Made by a program: the position numbers and the translations under genes. Source: Myxococcota bacterium (GTDB taxonomy: Bacteria; Myxococcota_A; UBA9160; UBA4427). Taken from it: DNA of 64,000 nucleotides. Shown here piece by piece: positions 30,860 through 40,778 of this stretch (within the stretch, counting starts at the first letter, position 1; each line of letters starts with the position of its first letter). The DNA lies in the NCBI GenBank assembly GCA_965250285.1, contig OZ252299.1, positions 5,888,001 through 5,952,000 on the forward strand, given 5' to 3'. The notes under the pieces were generated by a model, which worked only from the letters and a program-made list of their open reading frames with translations, did not search any database and was not told the DNA's origin.

Positions 30860-32137
30860 TCACCAGGGGTGCAGCTTGACCGGCATCTCGACGTAGCCCT
30901 TCACGAAGCACGACTTCGTGCGCACGGGCTCACCGACGACCTCGACGAAGCGGAACCGCTTCATGATCTCTTCCCAGATCACGCGCAGCTGGAGCTCGGC
31001 GATGCGGCTGCCCATGCAGAAGTGCACGCCCCAGCCGAACGAGAGGTGCTTCTTCGACTCTTTGCGGTCGATGATGAACGCGTCGGGGTTCTCGATCGCG
31101 TCGGCGTCGCGGTTCGCCGAGACGTACCACATGACGATCTTGTCCCCCTTCTTGATCGACTTGCCGCCGAGCTCGGTGTCCTGGGTGGCGGTGCGGCGCA
31201 TGTGCGCGAGCGGGGTCTGCCAGCGGATGATCTCGTCGACCATCGTCGGAATCACGCTCGGGTCGGCGCGCAGCTTGTCGTACTGATCGGGGTTCTCGTT
31301 CAACGCGAGCACGCCGCCCGAGATCGAGTTGCGGGTGGTGTCGTTGCCGCCGACGATGAGCAGCATCAGCGTGCCGAGGTACGTGACCGGATCGAGATCC
31401 TGGGTCGCGTCGGCGTTGGCCATGGCCGTGATGAAGTCGAGCTTGTCGTTCGGCTTGCCCCGGCGCTCGTGCCAGAGCTTCGTGAAGACGTCGAGACACT
31501 CGAGCAGGCCGGCCTTGCGCTCGTCGGGGCCGATGCCCATGTCGCGCAGCTGGTCGGGACCGGCTGTCGCCAGATCGCTCCAGTAGGTGAGGCGCCGGCG
31601 CGTCTCCCAGTCGAAGTCGAAGAACGTGGCCAGCATGCTGGTCGTCAGCTCGATCGAGACCTTGTCGACCCAGTCGAAGGTCTCGCCGACCGGCAGCGAT
31701 TCGAGGATCTCGATCGCGCGCTGGCGCACGATCGGCTCGAGGACCTTCAGGTTGCGGGGTGACGAGACGGGCTGCACGACCTTGCGGTGCGAGTTGTGTC
31801 GCTCGCCATCCATCGTGATGAAGCCCGCGTTCTGGAGCACGGCATTGGGGGGCGGATTGAAGACCACGATGCCTTCGCCCGAGCAGAAGAGCTCGGGGTT
31901 CTTCTCGACGTGGACGATGTCGTCGAACTTCGTGACGGCCCAGTAGGGGCCGAAGTCGCTGTCGGCGACCCAGTGGATCGGATCTTCCTTGCGAAGCCGC
32001 TCGAAGTAGCCCCAGAGCTCGTTGCTCGTGAACAGCTCGTAGTCGGCGGGGTTGATCCGCTCGAGGGGAAAGGCGTAGGGATCGACGCCGACCTGACCGG
32101 TCGACGTATGGGTCGGCATGTTGACGGCTTCGCTCAT
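30860..32137 (-). CDS. Cytochrome P450, CYP153-like
   Basis: LLIVGGNDTTRNSISGG, EIIRWQTPLAHMRR, HLSFGWGVHFCMG, FDWVDKVSIELT. Confidence 0.92.
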   Translation of the reverse strand: MSEAVNMPTHTSTGQVGVDPYAFPLERINPADYELFTSNELWGYFERLRKEDPIHWVADSDFGPYWAVTKFDDIVHVEKNPELFCSGEGIVVFNPPPNAVLQNAGFITMDGERHNSHRKVVQPVSSPRNLKVLEPIVRQRAIEILESLPVGETFDWVDKVSIELTTSMLATFFDFDWETRRRLTYWSDLATAGPDQLRDMGIGPDERKAGLLECLDVFTKLWHERRGKPNDKLDFITAMANADATQDLDPVTYLGTLMLLIVGGNDTTRNSISGGVLALNENPDQYDKLRADPSVIPTMVDEIIRWQTPLAHMRRTATQDTELGGKSIKKGDKIVMWYVSANRDADAIENPDAFIIDRKESKKHLSFGWGVHFCMGSRIAELQLRVIWEEIMKRFRFVEVVGEPVRTKSCFVKGYVEMPVKLHPW

Positions 32138-32210
32138 GTCTCGCTCCTCAGCGTGCTGCACGTGCGTACGGCGGCATTTCAGTCGCGGCCGACGAGGGCC
32201 ACGCGTTCGA

Positions 32211-32855
32211 CTACACGGCCCGGGGCCCGTTCATGCCGAGCAGCCGCTCGGCGATGGCAACGGTGTCGGCGACGAGCATCTCCATGCGCTCGGCCGAGAG
32301 GTGGTCGTCGGGCAGGTCGGCGACGAAGTGCGGCAGGGCGGCGACGTAGAAGAGCACCGTGCCCGCGATCGCACTGAAGAAGTGATAGGGCTCGTTGCGC
32401 ACGGGCTGGATGTCGCCGCTGCGCACGCCCTCTTCGAAGAGCGCGACGATCTGACCGAGCAGCGGGTTCGTCTCGCGCTCGACGTCGCGGTCGCCGGTCA
32501 TCGCCTGGCGCAGCGCGATGCTTGCCAGGGCGGGGCGCACGGCGATCGACTGAGCGGCGGCGCGTACGAGCGCCACGAGCCGTTGGCTGGGCGGCGCATC
32601 GGATTCGACGGCCTGGGCCACCGAGCTCAGCATCTCGGTGCTGAGATCTTCGATCACGGCGCGGTAGAGCTCTCGTTTGCCGCCGTAGTGGTAGAGGATC
32701 GCCGACCCGACCATGCCGATGTCGTCGGCGATGTCGTCGAGGCGCGTCTGGTCGAAGCCCGATTCGGCGAATCGACGCTCGGCTGCTGCCAGGATCTGGC
32801 GGCGGGTGCGCTCGGCCTTGGGCAGCCGGGGTGTGCGGGCAGTCGCTGTGCTCAA
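32211..32855 (-). CDS. TetR/AcrR family regulator
   Basis: TRRQILAAAERRFAESGFDQTRLDDIA...ILYHYGGKRELY; TTG start inferred. Confidence 0.9.
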   Translation of the reverse strand: MSTATARTPRLPKAERTRRQILAAAERRFAESGFDQTRLDDIADDIGMVGSAILYHYGGKRELYRAVIEDLSTEMLSSVAQAVESDAPPSQRLVALVRAAAQSIAVRPALASIALRQAMTGDRDVERETNPLLGQIVALFEEGVRSGDIQPVRNEPYHFFSAIAGTVLFYVAALPHFVADLPDDHLSAERMEMLVADTVAIAERLLGMNGPRAV

Positions 32856-32873
32856 GCGGGGCTCCGTCTCACG

Positions 32874-32982
32874 TTTTGAGTTGGTACTCAAAAATGAATC
32901 GGGGGTCAAATCGGGCCATGAGGGGGCTCTGAGCGCCGGTCCCGCGGGGGCTTCCATTGACTGAGTGAGTTGAAATCAACTC
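32874..32982. promoter_or_regulatory. Two palindromic candidate TetR operators
   Basis: TTTTGAGT-TGGT-ACTCAAAA (32874-32893) and GAGTTGA-AA-TCAACTC (32967-32982), sharing GAGTTG. Confidence 0.6.
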
Positions 32983-33138
32983 GATTCAATCTCGGCCAGA
33001 GGTCTTCCAGATGCCTGATTTGGTTGGTCTTTTGCTCTCGCTGCGGGCTGTCTTGAGTCGATGCGCGCGTTTCATTTGAGATCGCGTTCGGCCGATCAAA
33101 CCCCTGGCGCCTGCTGCGCCGCCCCACCAGGTGGACCC

Positions 33139-34749
33139 ATGCCGCTCGAGCGACCGGCCATCAAAGCCTTTCCCAGCGCCCTCGATCAGGGCGCGTTCGT
33201 CGCCTACTTCCTGGGCGGCGTGGTGCCGCTCGCCGCGCTCGGGGTCGTCGTCGAACGCTACCTGCTCTCGCCCGAGATCGAGCGGCTCGACGACCTGTCG
33301 GCCGCCGGCCTGGTCTCGCTGGTCGCGGGCATCGCGGTGCTCTCGCTCTTCAGCTTCCTCATGCTGCGCCGGCTCGTGGTGCGCGCGATCGAGCAGAACC
33401 TCGAGCCCATCTACCACGACGTGCTGACGGGTCTGCCCAACCGGCTGCTCTTTCAGCAGCGCCTCGAGCAGGCGGTCGAGCACGCGACCGAGACGGGCGA
33501 TCTCGTCGCGGTGTGCTTCCTCGACCTCGACGGCTTCAAGCGCATCAACGACAGCCTCGGCCACGCGGTGGGCGACGAGCTGATTCGACAGGCGGCGCAG
33601 CGCCTGCAGGACAACCTTCGCAGCACCGACGCGGTCGCGCGTTCGCGCAGCGAGGTCGCTTCGGCCGACCCGTCGGTCTCGCGCCTCGGCGGCGATGAGT
33701 TCACGTTCGTCATCCCCGACCTCTCGAGTGCGCACGACGCCAGCTCGGCCGTGTGGCGCGTGCTCGAGGCGATCCGCAAGCCCTTCACGCTCGAAGGCCG
33801 AGAGGTGACGGTGACCGCGAGCGCCGGCATCGCGCTCTTTCCCGACGACGCCGACGAACCGCAGACGCTGCTGCGCAACGCCGACATCGCGATGTACTGG
33901 GCCAAGAGCTGCGGCCGCAACAACTATCAGTTCTTCGCACAGTCGATGGATTCAGAGGGCCAGCGCCGACTCAACATCGAGCGCTGCCTGCGCCGCTCGC
34001 TCGAACGGTACCCGTTCTCGTTGATCTACCAGCCGATCCGCGACGCCGAGAGCACGCAGATCGTCGCCGTCGAAGCGCTGCTGCGCTGGGAAGACCCCGA
34101 GCTCGGTGCGGTGGGCCCCGCCGAGTTCATCCCGGTCGCCGAAGAGGCCGGCCTCATCGCCCCGCTCGGCGAATGGGTGCTGCGCACCGCCTGCGCGCAG
34201 GTCAAGGCCTGGCAGGATGCCGGCCTGCGCGCGCCGCGCATGTGTGTGAACGCGTCGGGCATCCAGATCAAGCACCCGAGCTGGGTGGCCCGCGTGCGCT
34301 CGATCCTCGAGCGCCTCGATCTGAGCCCCGGGAGCCTCGAGCTCGAGATCACCGAGAGCACGATCCTCGGCGACGGCGACGGCACGCGCGAGACGCTGCA
34401 CGAGCTGAGCGCGATGGGCGTGACCCTCGCCCTCGACGACTTCGGCACCGGCTACTCGTCGCTGCGCTATCTGCACGACTTTCCCATCGATCGCGTCAAG
34501 ATCGACCAGGCGTTCGTGCAGAGCCTCGGCACCGAAATGGGCCGCTCGCTGATCCTGTCGGTGATCTCGATGGCACACGGGCTGGGCATCACCGCCATCG
34601 CCGAGGGCGTCGAGACCGAAGACCAGGCGACCTTCCTGCGCGACGCCGGTTGCGACGAGCTCCAGGGCTTCCTCTTCAGCAAGCCCGTGCCGGCCGCAGA
34701 GCTGACCACCCATCTCGAAGCCGAGAAGGAAGCGGGGGGCGGGGCGTAG
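33139..34749 (+). CDS. Membrane-anchored diguanylate cyclase/phosphodiesterase (GGDEF-EAL)
   Basis: Two TM segments, [38 protein letters not shown]. Confidence 0.95.
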   Translation: MPLERPAIKAFPSALDQGAFVAYFLGGVVPLAALGVVVERYLLSPEIERLDDLSAAGLVSLVAGIAVLSLFSFLMLRRLVVRAIEQNLEPIYHDVLTGLPNRLLFQQRLEQAVEHATETGDLVAVCFLDLDGFKRINDSLGHAVGDELIRQAAQRLQDNLRSTDAVARSRSEVASADPSVSRLGGDEFTFVIPDLSSAHDASSAVWRVLEAIRKPFTLEGREVTVTASAGIALFPDDADEPQTLLRNADIAMYWAKSCGRNNYQFFAQSMDSEGQRRLNIERCLRRSLERYPFSLIYQPIRDAESTQIVAVEALLRWEDPELGAVGPAEFIPVAEEAGLIAPLGEWVLRTACAQVKAWQDAGLRAPRMCVNASGIQIKHPSWVARVRSILERLDLSPGSLELEITESTILGDGDGTRETLHELSAMGVTLALDDFGTGYSSLRYLHDFPIDRVKIDQAFVQSLGTEMGRSLILSVISMAHGLGITAIAEGVETEDQATFLRDAGCDELQGFLFSKPVPAAELTTHLEAEKEAGGGA

Positions 34750-34752
34750 GCG
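34710..34752 (+). repeat. 43-bp direct repeat, copy 1 (3' end of the GGDEF-EAL gene)
   Basis: CCATCTCGAAGCCGAGAAGGAAGCGGGGGGCGGGGCGTAGGCG; 42/43 identical to 36816-36858. Confidence 0.9.
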
Positions 34753-34862
34753 ACTCACACCCAAGCAACGCTTCACCTGAACGACCGCCGCAGGGCTGCC
34801 CAAGGCCAGCCCCGCGACGATCGCCGAGGCGCCTGCGGCAAGCGCCTCGGAGGCGCTTGCGG

Positions 34863-35855
34863 CTAGCGCCTCATGCCTGAACGGCGCGAACGCATTCGGG
34901 CGAGGGATGAACCGGCGGGTTCGCCCTCGGCCGGGCTCGCGAAGGCGGCCAGGTGGACGACGCGGCCATCGGCCACGAGGCCAGCGGCGACGAGCGTGCT
35001 CGACTGCGTGCGCACCTCGGTTCCGGCCCCCAGCGCGGGCGTCACATCGAACGCGGCAGTGCGCACCTGCGTCACGAAGTCGCGCGCGTCGTTCTCTGTC
35101 GGGTTGTTTCGATGTCGGGCGACGGTTTCGAGTGCGTCGATGGCATAGCTGCGGATCAGCTTCGGCAGCATGTCGGCCATAGTCTCGGGACAGTCGAACA
35201 GCTCGAGCCCTTCGACGCGATCATTGATCGCGAACACCACACCCGTCTGTCCGGGCCTGGCTTCGAACGCACGCACGTAGTCGTCGAGTCGCGTCGCATG
35301 TGATTCGTAGACATCGCTCATGGCGCTGGTGCGTGACGACACTCGCATGCGTCGCGACTTCGACTCGATGTCACTCCACACTGCCCCCTGATCGGCGCCG
35401 GGTAGGCCGCACTCCTCCATCGACGTGGCCACCGAGCGCATCTTGGCTCGGCGCCCACCCGAGAAGTGCATGCGATCCGAGGGCGCCATCTCGACGCCGC
35501 GGTCCGACCAGCGGCCGGCCTCGACACAGGTCACGGGGATCCGGGTCGTCGCGCCCGCCGGTGCGAGCACGGTGACGTTGGCGGTGCGGTTCTGTTTGGC
35601 GCCGACCAGTTCTTCCCCCTCGAAGACGAGCACCGGCTCTTTGCCGCCGTTGTCGACCGCGAGCTCGGACACGCTGCCGCCGGTCGAGATCTCTCGAACG
35701 CGCACTGAACCCGACTCGATGCCGGCGCCCAGAGTGATGTAGTCGCGGTGGTACCCGCTCTGCCCGAGCAGGGGAAAGGCGGCGAGGTTCAGGAACCGAT
35801 CCGGCTCCCCGAGAGCGGCCTGCTCGAGGGTCTGTGCAATGACGTCCATGGTCAT
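34863..35855 (-). CDS. DUF6569/ARPP-1 family protein
   Basis: GSVSEL, GEELVGAKQNR, IPVTCVEAGRW, DQGAVW, KLIRSYAIDA, VHLAAF; family recognised from memory. Confidence 0.8.
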   Translation of the reverse strand: MTMDVIAQTLEQAALGEPDRFLNLAAFPLLGQSGYHRDYITLGAGIESGSVRVREISTGGSVSELAVDNGGKEPVLVFEGEELVGAKQNRTANVTVLAPAGATTRIPVTCVEAGRWSDRGVEMAPSDRMHFSGGRRAKMRSVATSMEECGLPGADQGAVWSDIESKSRRMRVSSRTSAMSDVYESHATRLDDYVRAFEARPGQTGVVFAINDRVEGLELFDCPETMADMLPKLIRSYAIDALETVARHRNNPTENDARDFVTQVRTAAFDVTPALGAGTEVRTQSSTLVAAGLVADGRVVHLAAFASPAEGEPAGSSLARMRSRRSGMRR

Positions 35856-35896
35856 CCTCCTCTGACTGGGACCGGAGCCCCACACTGAGCTCCGAT

Positions 35897-35965
35897 TTGA
35901 CAGTAGTCGTCAGTAATCGGCACCATATCGACAGTCAAAAAAGAAGTCAACAGTTGTTGACAGTG
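35897..35965. promoter_or_regulatory. Divergent promoter/operator region with repeated GACAGT motifs
   Basis: TTGACAGT twice, TCGACAGT, and palindrome GTCAACA-GT-TGTTGAC (35946-35961). Confidence 0.6.
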
Positions 35966-35990
35966 GGCAGTCTGGCGCGAAGCTGAGGCC

Positions 35991-36758
35991 ATGGAGCGCG
36001 AAGAGCGGACCTACACCCTCAGCGAGATCGCGGCCAAGACCGGGTTCGACCAGCGCACGATCGCCTACTACGTGCAGGAGGGGCTGCTGCCCCGGGTTGG
36101 CCGCCGCGGCCGATCGACCCGCTACGCGAAGCCGTTCGTCGACCGGCTCGTCTTCATTCGCCGCGTCCGCGACCTTCAGGATTCGGGGCGAATGCGCTCG
36201 GTAACGCTCGGCGAGATTCGCAACGTGCTCGACGACCTGTCGCCCCGCGAGGTTCACGACCTGACGCGCAAGGGCGCCGACGAAGCGAGACTGCAGGAGC
36301 TGTTCGAACCGGATGAGCTGCCGGGCGCGCCCGAGTTCGAGGAGGCGGCCATCGGCGCAGCTGAGGGGATCGAGGTCGACGAGAAGCCGACGGACGCCCG
36401 GGTTGGCAGCGCGCGAGGGCGGCGCGCGCGACTCTTGCAGAGATTCGAGGGAGCGCGCGCAGGCGAGGCCGAGGAGGCCCCGCAACCGGCTCGCATCGGC
36501 TCGTCACGAGCGGGCCGCAGCCGCATGGCGACGGCGCAGGCCATGGCCGATGTCGATCGAATTCAGCAGTTGCTGACGCAGATCGAAGCGTACGCGCAGC
36601 AGGAGCGCGGCGAGCGCGACGACGACTCGACCCACGAACGAGTGACCCGCGTGCCGATTGGCGACTCAACCTATCTCTCGGTCAAGGATCTCGGCGAAGA
36701 GCACGCGGCCCTCGTGGAAGAGTTGGCGAGGCTGCTTCGCGGGAGGCTCGGGGACTGA
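35991..36758 (+). CDS. MerR-like HTH regulator
   Basis: YTLSEIAAKTGFDQRTIAYYVQEGLLP...Y...RLVFIRR; C-terminal ERVTRVPIGD motif. Confidence 0.85.
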   Translation: MEREERTYTLSEIAAKTGFDQRTIAYYVQEGLLPRVGRRGRSTRYAKPFVDRLVFIRRVRDLQDSGRMRSVTLGEIRNVLDDLSPREVHDLTRKGADEARLQELFEPDELPGAPEFEEAAIGAAEGIEVDEKPTDARVGSARGRRARLLQRFEGARAGEAEEAPQPARIGSSRAGRSRMATAQAMADVDRIQQLLTQIEAYAQQERGERDDDSTHERVTRVPIGDSTYLSVKDLGEEHAALVEELARLLRGRLGD

Positions 36759-36815
36759 GTTCGAGACCTCGTTGCGATTCGGCTGCGAACTTCAGTCGTG
36801 TTGTTGGCCTTCTCT

Positions 36816-36858
36816 CCATCTCGAAGCCGAGAAGGAAGCGGGCGGCGGGGCGTAGGCG
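36816..36858 (+). repeat. 43-bp direct repeat, copy 2
   Basis: CCATCTCGAAGCCGAGAAGGAAGCGGGCGGCGGGGCGTAGGCG; both copies encode [12 protein letters not shown]. Confidence 0.9.
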
Positions 36859-37093
36859 GACCCCGCGGAGGGCCGCCGCCCTCGCCGTGAAGCACGCTCG
36901 CACGATCTTCGAGCCGATCGACGCCGTCCCGGGCGGTCGCGTCTGTGACACCGTCACGAGTTGATCATAGTTCATCCATTAATCAAGTCGTATAATCAGG
37001 GTGCGACCTCGTTGGGTCGCTGGCTGACTCAGGCGCCCGTTGCGGCGGGCAATCGGCCCTCCTTCAGCGAGGCCGAACCGCGGAGGCCGACCG

Positions 37094-39172
37094 ATGGCTC
37101 ACTCGACTGTTCGTTCTCACCGATCCTGCCGTTCCCCTTGGCGCTCTCTCTTGCTCCCCGGCCTGATCGCGACACTCGCGCTGGTCGCCGGGTCGAGCTC
37201 GGCCTTCGTCAGCGAACGCGTGGTCTATCGCGAGGATTTCGTGGGCGAGACCGCATACGAGACGACGCCCGAGATCGATGAGATCGCCGGCGTCGGTCTC
37301 GTCGGCCTCGACACCGGAGGCCCGGGCGATGGGCCGGTGCTGACCGGCAGCGCCGCGCGGGCCACCATCGCCGCAGCCGGTCCCACGGTGCAGTGGGTGT
37401 TTCTGCCCTTCACATCGTTCGGTGCGGGCCCGGCGCGACTCAGGACGACCGCATCGAGCTGGTCGACGGCTTCGGAGGGCGCAGGCCTCGTTGGGCTCGA
37501 AGTCGAGCTCGAGGCCGCCAGCGGAAGCGCGCGGGTCAGCGCGCTCGTCGAGATCGAGAACGATCCGGGTGGGACGACGGTCGGCTTCGGTGGCTTCGTG
37601 CTGGGGCAGAACCCGGCGGCGGGCCCTGGCTCGAGCCTCTCGCTGACGCTCACGCCCGCCGAGCTCGCCGTGATCGAGGCAGGTGGGGCGTTCGAGATCG
37701 AGCTGACCGTCGACCGAGATGCAGCGACGGCGACCGCCACGATCGAGGTGAGCGGCCAGCCGCCTCAGTCACTCGGGCCGATCTCGATCGACGCGACGAC
37801 GGCCGGGCTCGAGATCGAGTCGGCCGCGATGGTGCTCGCCCAGCTCTTCGGCGTCGATCCATTTCAGGTCGACTTCGACGCGTTCGAGATCAGCCGCGTC
37901 TACACCACGTCGTTCACGGTCGACACGCTCGCCGATGAGGTCGATGCCGCCATCGGCGACAGCGCGTGCGCCACGTCGACCGGCTTCTGCAGCCTGCGTG
38001 CGGCGATCCAGGAGTCGAACGCAATCGCGGGGCCGGGTGAGGTGATCGTACCGGCGGGCGAGTACGTGACGACGATCGCTGGCACCGGCGACGACGCGGC
38101 TGCGACCGGCGACCTCGACATCACCGACGCGCTGACGCTCAGAGGGGCCGGGCGAGACGTCACGACCATCGACGGCGGGGGCCTCGATCGGGTGCTCCAC
38201 GTTCTGTTTGCATTCGATCTCGTTCACGCGCAGGTCATGGATCTCGCCGTCCGCAACGGAGCCGCCGTGCTGGCGGACAACGCCGTCGGCGGTGGCATCG
38301 AGAACAGCGGCCGGCTCGATCTGCTGCGCTGCGAGGTCTCGGCCAATCGCGCGAATCTGGGCGGCGGCATCCTGAACCGCGAGCGGCTGTTCATGGACGA
38401 CTGCATCGTGCGGGAGAATGCCGCCGAGAACCTCGGCTTCACGAATGCGTTCGCCGGCGGCATCGCGAGTGCGTCGTCGTCGGCCGGGGGCGGCGATTTC
38501 GTGAGCGCGTTCATTCGCAACAGCGCCATCGTCGACAATGAAGCGTTCGTCACGGGCGGCCTCGAGTTCGGCAACGCCAGCTTTGCGAACGTCTCGAATA
38601 CGACGATCAGCGGCAACACGAGCCCGCAGGTCACGGTGCGCAGCACCGACGTCACGCTGCGCCATGTGACGATCGCCGATGGCTTCGGGGTCGGTCTTCA
38701 GGCCTCTTCGTTCGATCCGACGAAGGAGCTCGAGATCGTCAACAGCGCCATCTCGGACTTCACCGCGTGCAACCTCAGCACGACGGCGCCGATGACGATC
38801 CTCCTCGCCGGTCACAACGCGAGCAGCGATACGAGCTGCGGCTTCGTCGGTGCCGGTGACGTCGAGGGCGTGCCGCTCGAACTCGAACCCCTCGCCGACG
38901 TTGGGGGCACCCTGGCTCACGTGCCGATGCCTTCGAGCCCGCTCATCGACAGCGGCGACGACGCCGAGTGCGCCTTCGCCGACCAGCGCGGTGAGCTGCG
39001 CCCGCAGGACGGCGACGCGAGCGGCACGGCCGAGTGCGACATCGGAGCGATCGAGGTGCCCGAGCCCGGGCTCGGCGCGCTCACGGCGAGTGGACTGATC
39101 GCGTTGTGGGCGCTGCGAGCACGGCGAGTGCGGCGACGCGATCGAGGTGGGCTGGGGCGCCATTCCGCGTGA
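37094..39172 (+). CDS. CSLREA/choice-of-anchor-Q surface protein with PEP-CTERM sorting signal
   Basis: Signal peptide; CSLRAAIQE, GDLDI, beta-helix GGGI repeats, SPLIDSG, DQRG...CDIGAIE; VPEP-TM-basic tail. Confidence 0.88.
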   Translation: MAHSTVRSHRSCRSPWRSLLLPGLIATLALVAGSSSAFVSERVVYREDFVGETAYETTPEIDEIAGVGLVGLDTGGPGDGPVLTGSAARATIAAAGPTVQWVFLPFTSFGAGPARLRTTASSWSTASEGAGLVGLEVELEAASGSARVSALVEIENDPGGTTVGFGGFVLGQNPAAGPGSSLSLTLTPAELAVIEAGGAFEIELTVDRDAATATATIEVSGQPPQSLGPISIDATTAGLEIESAAMVLAQLFGVDPFQVDFDAFEISRVYTTSFTVDTLADEVDAAIGDSACATSTGFCSLRAAIQESNAIAGPGEVIVPAGEYVTTIAGTGDDAAATGDLDITDALTLRGAGRDVTTIDGGGLDRVLHVLFAFDLVHAQVMDLAVRNGAAVLADNAVGGGIENSGRLDLLRCEVSANRANLGGGILNRERLFMDDCIVRENAAENLGFTNAFAGGIASASSSAGGGDFVSAFIRNSAIVDNEAFVTGGLEFGNASFANVSNTTISGNTSPQVTVRSTDVTLRHVTIADGFGVGLQASSFDPTKELEIVNSAISDFTACNLSTTAPMTILLAGHNASSDTSCGFVGAGDVEGVPLELEPLADVGGTLAHVPMPSSPLIDSGDDAECAFADQRGELRPQDGDASGTAECDIGAIEVPEPGLGALTASGLIALWALRARRVRRRDRGGLGRHSA

Positions 39173-39311
39173 CGTGACCCGTCGTACGTGCGGCATCGCA
39201 GTCGGTCGGTCATCTGCCGTACCGGGCTTGCTTCGGCGCGACCCGGGTTTAGGTTGCTCCCGTAAGCGTTTTGGTCGACTCGAAGACGAGTCACGACACA
39301 GGTCGTTTCAG

Positions 39312-39704
39312 ATGACGACAGAAGCGCACCCGAACATTGCCGTGCTTCAGCGACTCGATCTCTCCCGCCTGGGGGAGGACGCAGACCTCTTCGCCGGCGA
39401 ATTCGTCTGGCACTTCTTCAATCCCAGGTTGCCCGATCTCGCGGGTGACTATGCGGGTGTAGATGGCCTCCAGACCTTCTTCGAGAAGCTCGGAGCGGCG
39501 ACGGGCGGCACGTTTCGAGTCGAGCCGCTCTCGGTCATCCCGATCGGGGACGAGTTTCTGGTCGTACACGCCCGGGATACCCTGACCCTCGAAGGGCAGT
39601 CCATCGAGCTCGACGCCGTGGTGGTCTGGCGCATCGTGGCCGGCCAGATCGCCGAGGCGTGGGACATCCCCGGGATCCACACGATCCGTCCGGCTGCGCC
39701 ATGA
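39312..39704 (+). CDS. SnoaL/NTF2-like protein
   Basis: FVWH...LAGDYAG...FF...VVWRIVAGQIAEAWD. Confidence 0.8.
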   Translation: MTTEAHPNIAVLQRLDLSRLGEDADLFAGEFVWHFFNPRLPDLAGDYAGVDGLQTFFEKLGAATGGTFRVEPLSVIPIGDEFLVVHARDTLTLEGQSIELDAVVVWRIVAGQIAEAWDIPGIHTIRPAAP

Positions 39705-39777
39705 CGCGCCGGCGCAGCGTCGCTTCGCCCGGAAGTCGTCGTCCGGGCCTGTCTCGGACGCAGGGAGGCCGCGTCGC

Positions 39778-40761
39778 ATGAGGATCCTCGTCTACGGCGC
39801 GGGCAACATCGGCTGTCTCTATGCCGCGCTGCTCAGTCAAGGCGGTCACGACGTTTCGGTTCTCGCGCGCGGCCACCGTCTCGACGCGATCGACGGCGAC
39901 GGCATCGTGCTCGAGCGCTTCGCGACGGGGGAACGGTCGGCCACGCGGGTGCGGACGATCTCGTCGCTCGCGGCCGACGACGCCTACGACTTCGTCCTCG
40001 TCTCGATGGGGCGAGAGCACGTCCATGACGCGCTCCCCGCTCTGGCCAGCAACTGCTCGCCCAGCGTGATCTTCTTCGGCAACAACGTCGTGGGGTCCAA
40101 GCCTTTCGTCGAGGCGCTCGGCGTCCACCGTGTGCTGCTCGGCTTTCCCGGCGCGGCGGGGATCCCCAGCGACGGGGCCATTCGCTACGTGATCCTGGCC
40201 AAGGCCGACCAGCCGACGACTCTGGGCGAGCCCGATGGCGGCGAATCGGAGCGGGTGCGCGCCATCGCGTCGGTCTTCGAGGGGGCTGGCTTCCCCGTCG
40301 CCGTCTCGCCCCGCATGGATGCCTGGCTGAAGACACACGCAGCCGAGATCCTGCCGACGGCGTACGCGCTCTATGCGGCGGGGGGCGACGTCGCGAGGCT
40401 TTCGCGCACGCGCGACGCGCTCGTCCTCGCGGTGAGGGGGATTCGCGAGGGCTACAGCGTGCTCCGCGCCGCGGGCGTTTCGATCGATCCGCCCAGCCAC
40501 CGGGTGTTCGATTGGTTGCCCGAAGCCCTGCTGGCGCCGACGATGAGACGGATGGTCTCGGGCGAATCCTGGCTGATCAAGATCGGCCACGCGAACGCGG
40601 CCCGAGAAGAGATGCGTTTGCTGGCGGGCGACTTCGGCGCGCTGACCCGCAGCACAGGTGTGGAGACGCCCGTGCTTGATCGGCTCTCGGCCCATCTCGA
40701 TCGGGCCGTGCCGCCCATCGCGGATGGGCGCCGCGAGATCCGCCCGAGATGGTGGCGTTGA
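39778..40761 (+). CDS. Ketopantoate reductase (ApbA/PanE) family protein
   Basis: MRILVYGAGNIGCLYA, LLGFPGAAG, MDAWLKTHAA. Confidence 0.85.
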   Translation: MRILVYGAGNIGCLYAALLSQGGHDVSVLARGHRLDAIDGDGIVLERFATGERSATRVRTISSLAADDAYDFVLVSMGREHVHDALPALASNCSPSVIFFGNNVVGSKPFVEALGVHRVLLGFPGAAGIPSDGAIRYVILAKADQPTTLGEPDGGESERVRAIASVFEGAGFPVAVSPRMDAWLKTHAAEILPTAYALYAAGGDVARLSRTRDALVLAVRGIREGYSVLRAAGVSIDPPSHRVFDWLPEALLAPTMRRMVSGESWLIKIGHANAAREEMRLLAGDFGALTRSTGVETPVLDRLSAHLDRAVPPIADGRREIRPRWWR

Positions 40762-40778
40762 GCGAAGGGGCGACGCCG

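Noticed and set aside
36961..36996. TTGAT...ATCAA as an FNR site, near a TATAAT
   Set aside because: Spacer is 16 nt rather than 4; probably just an AT-rich promoter.
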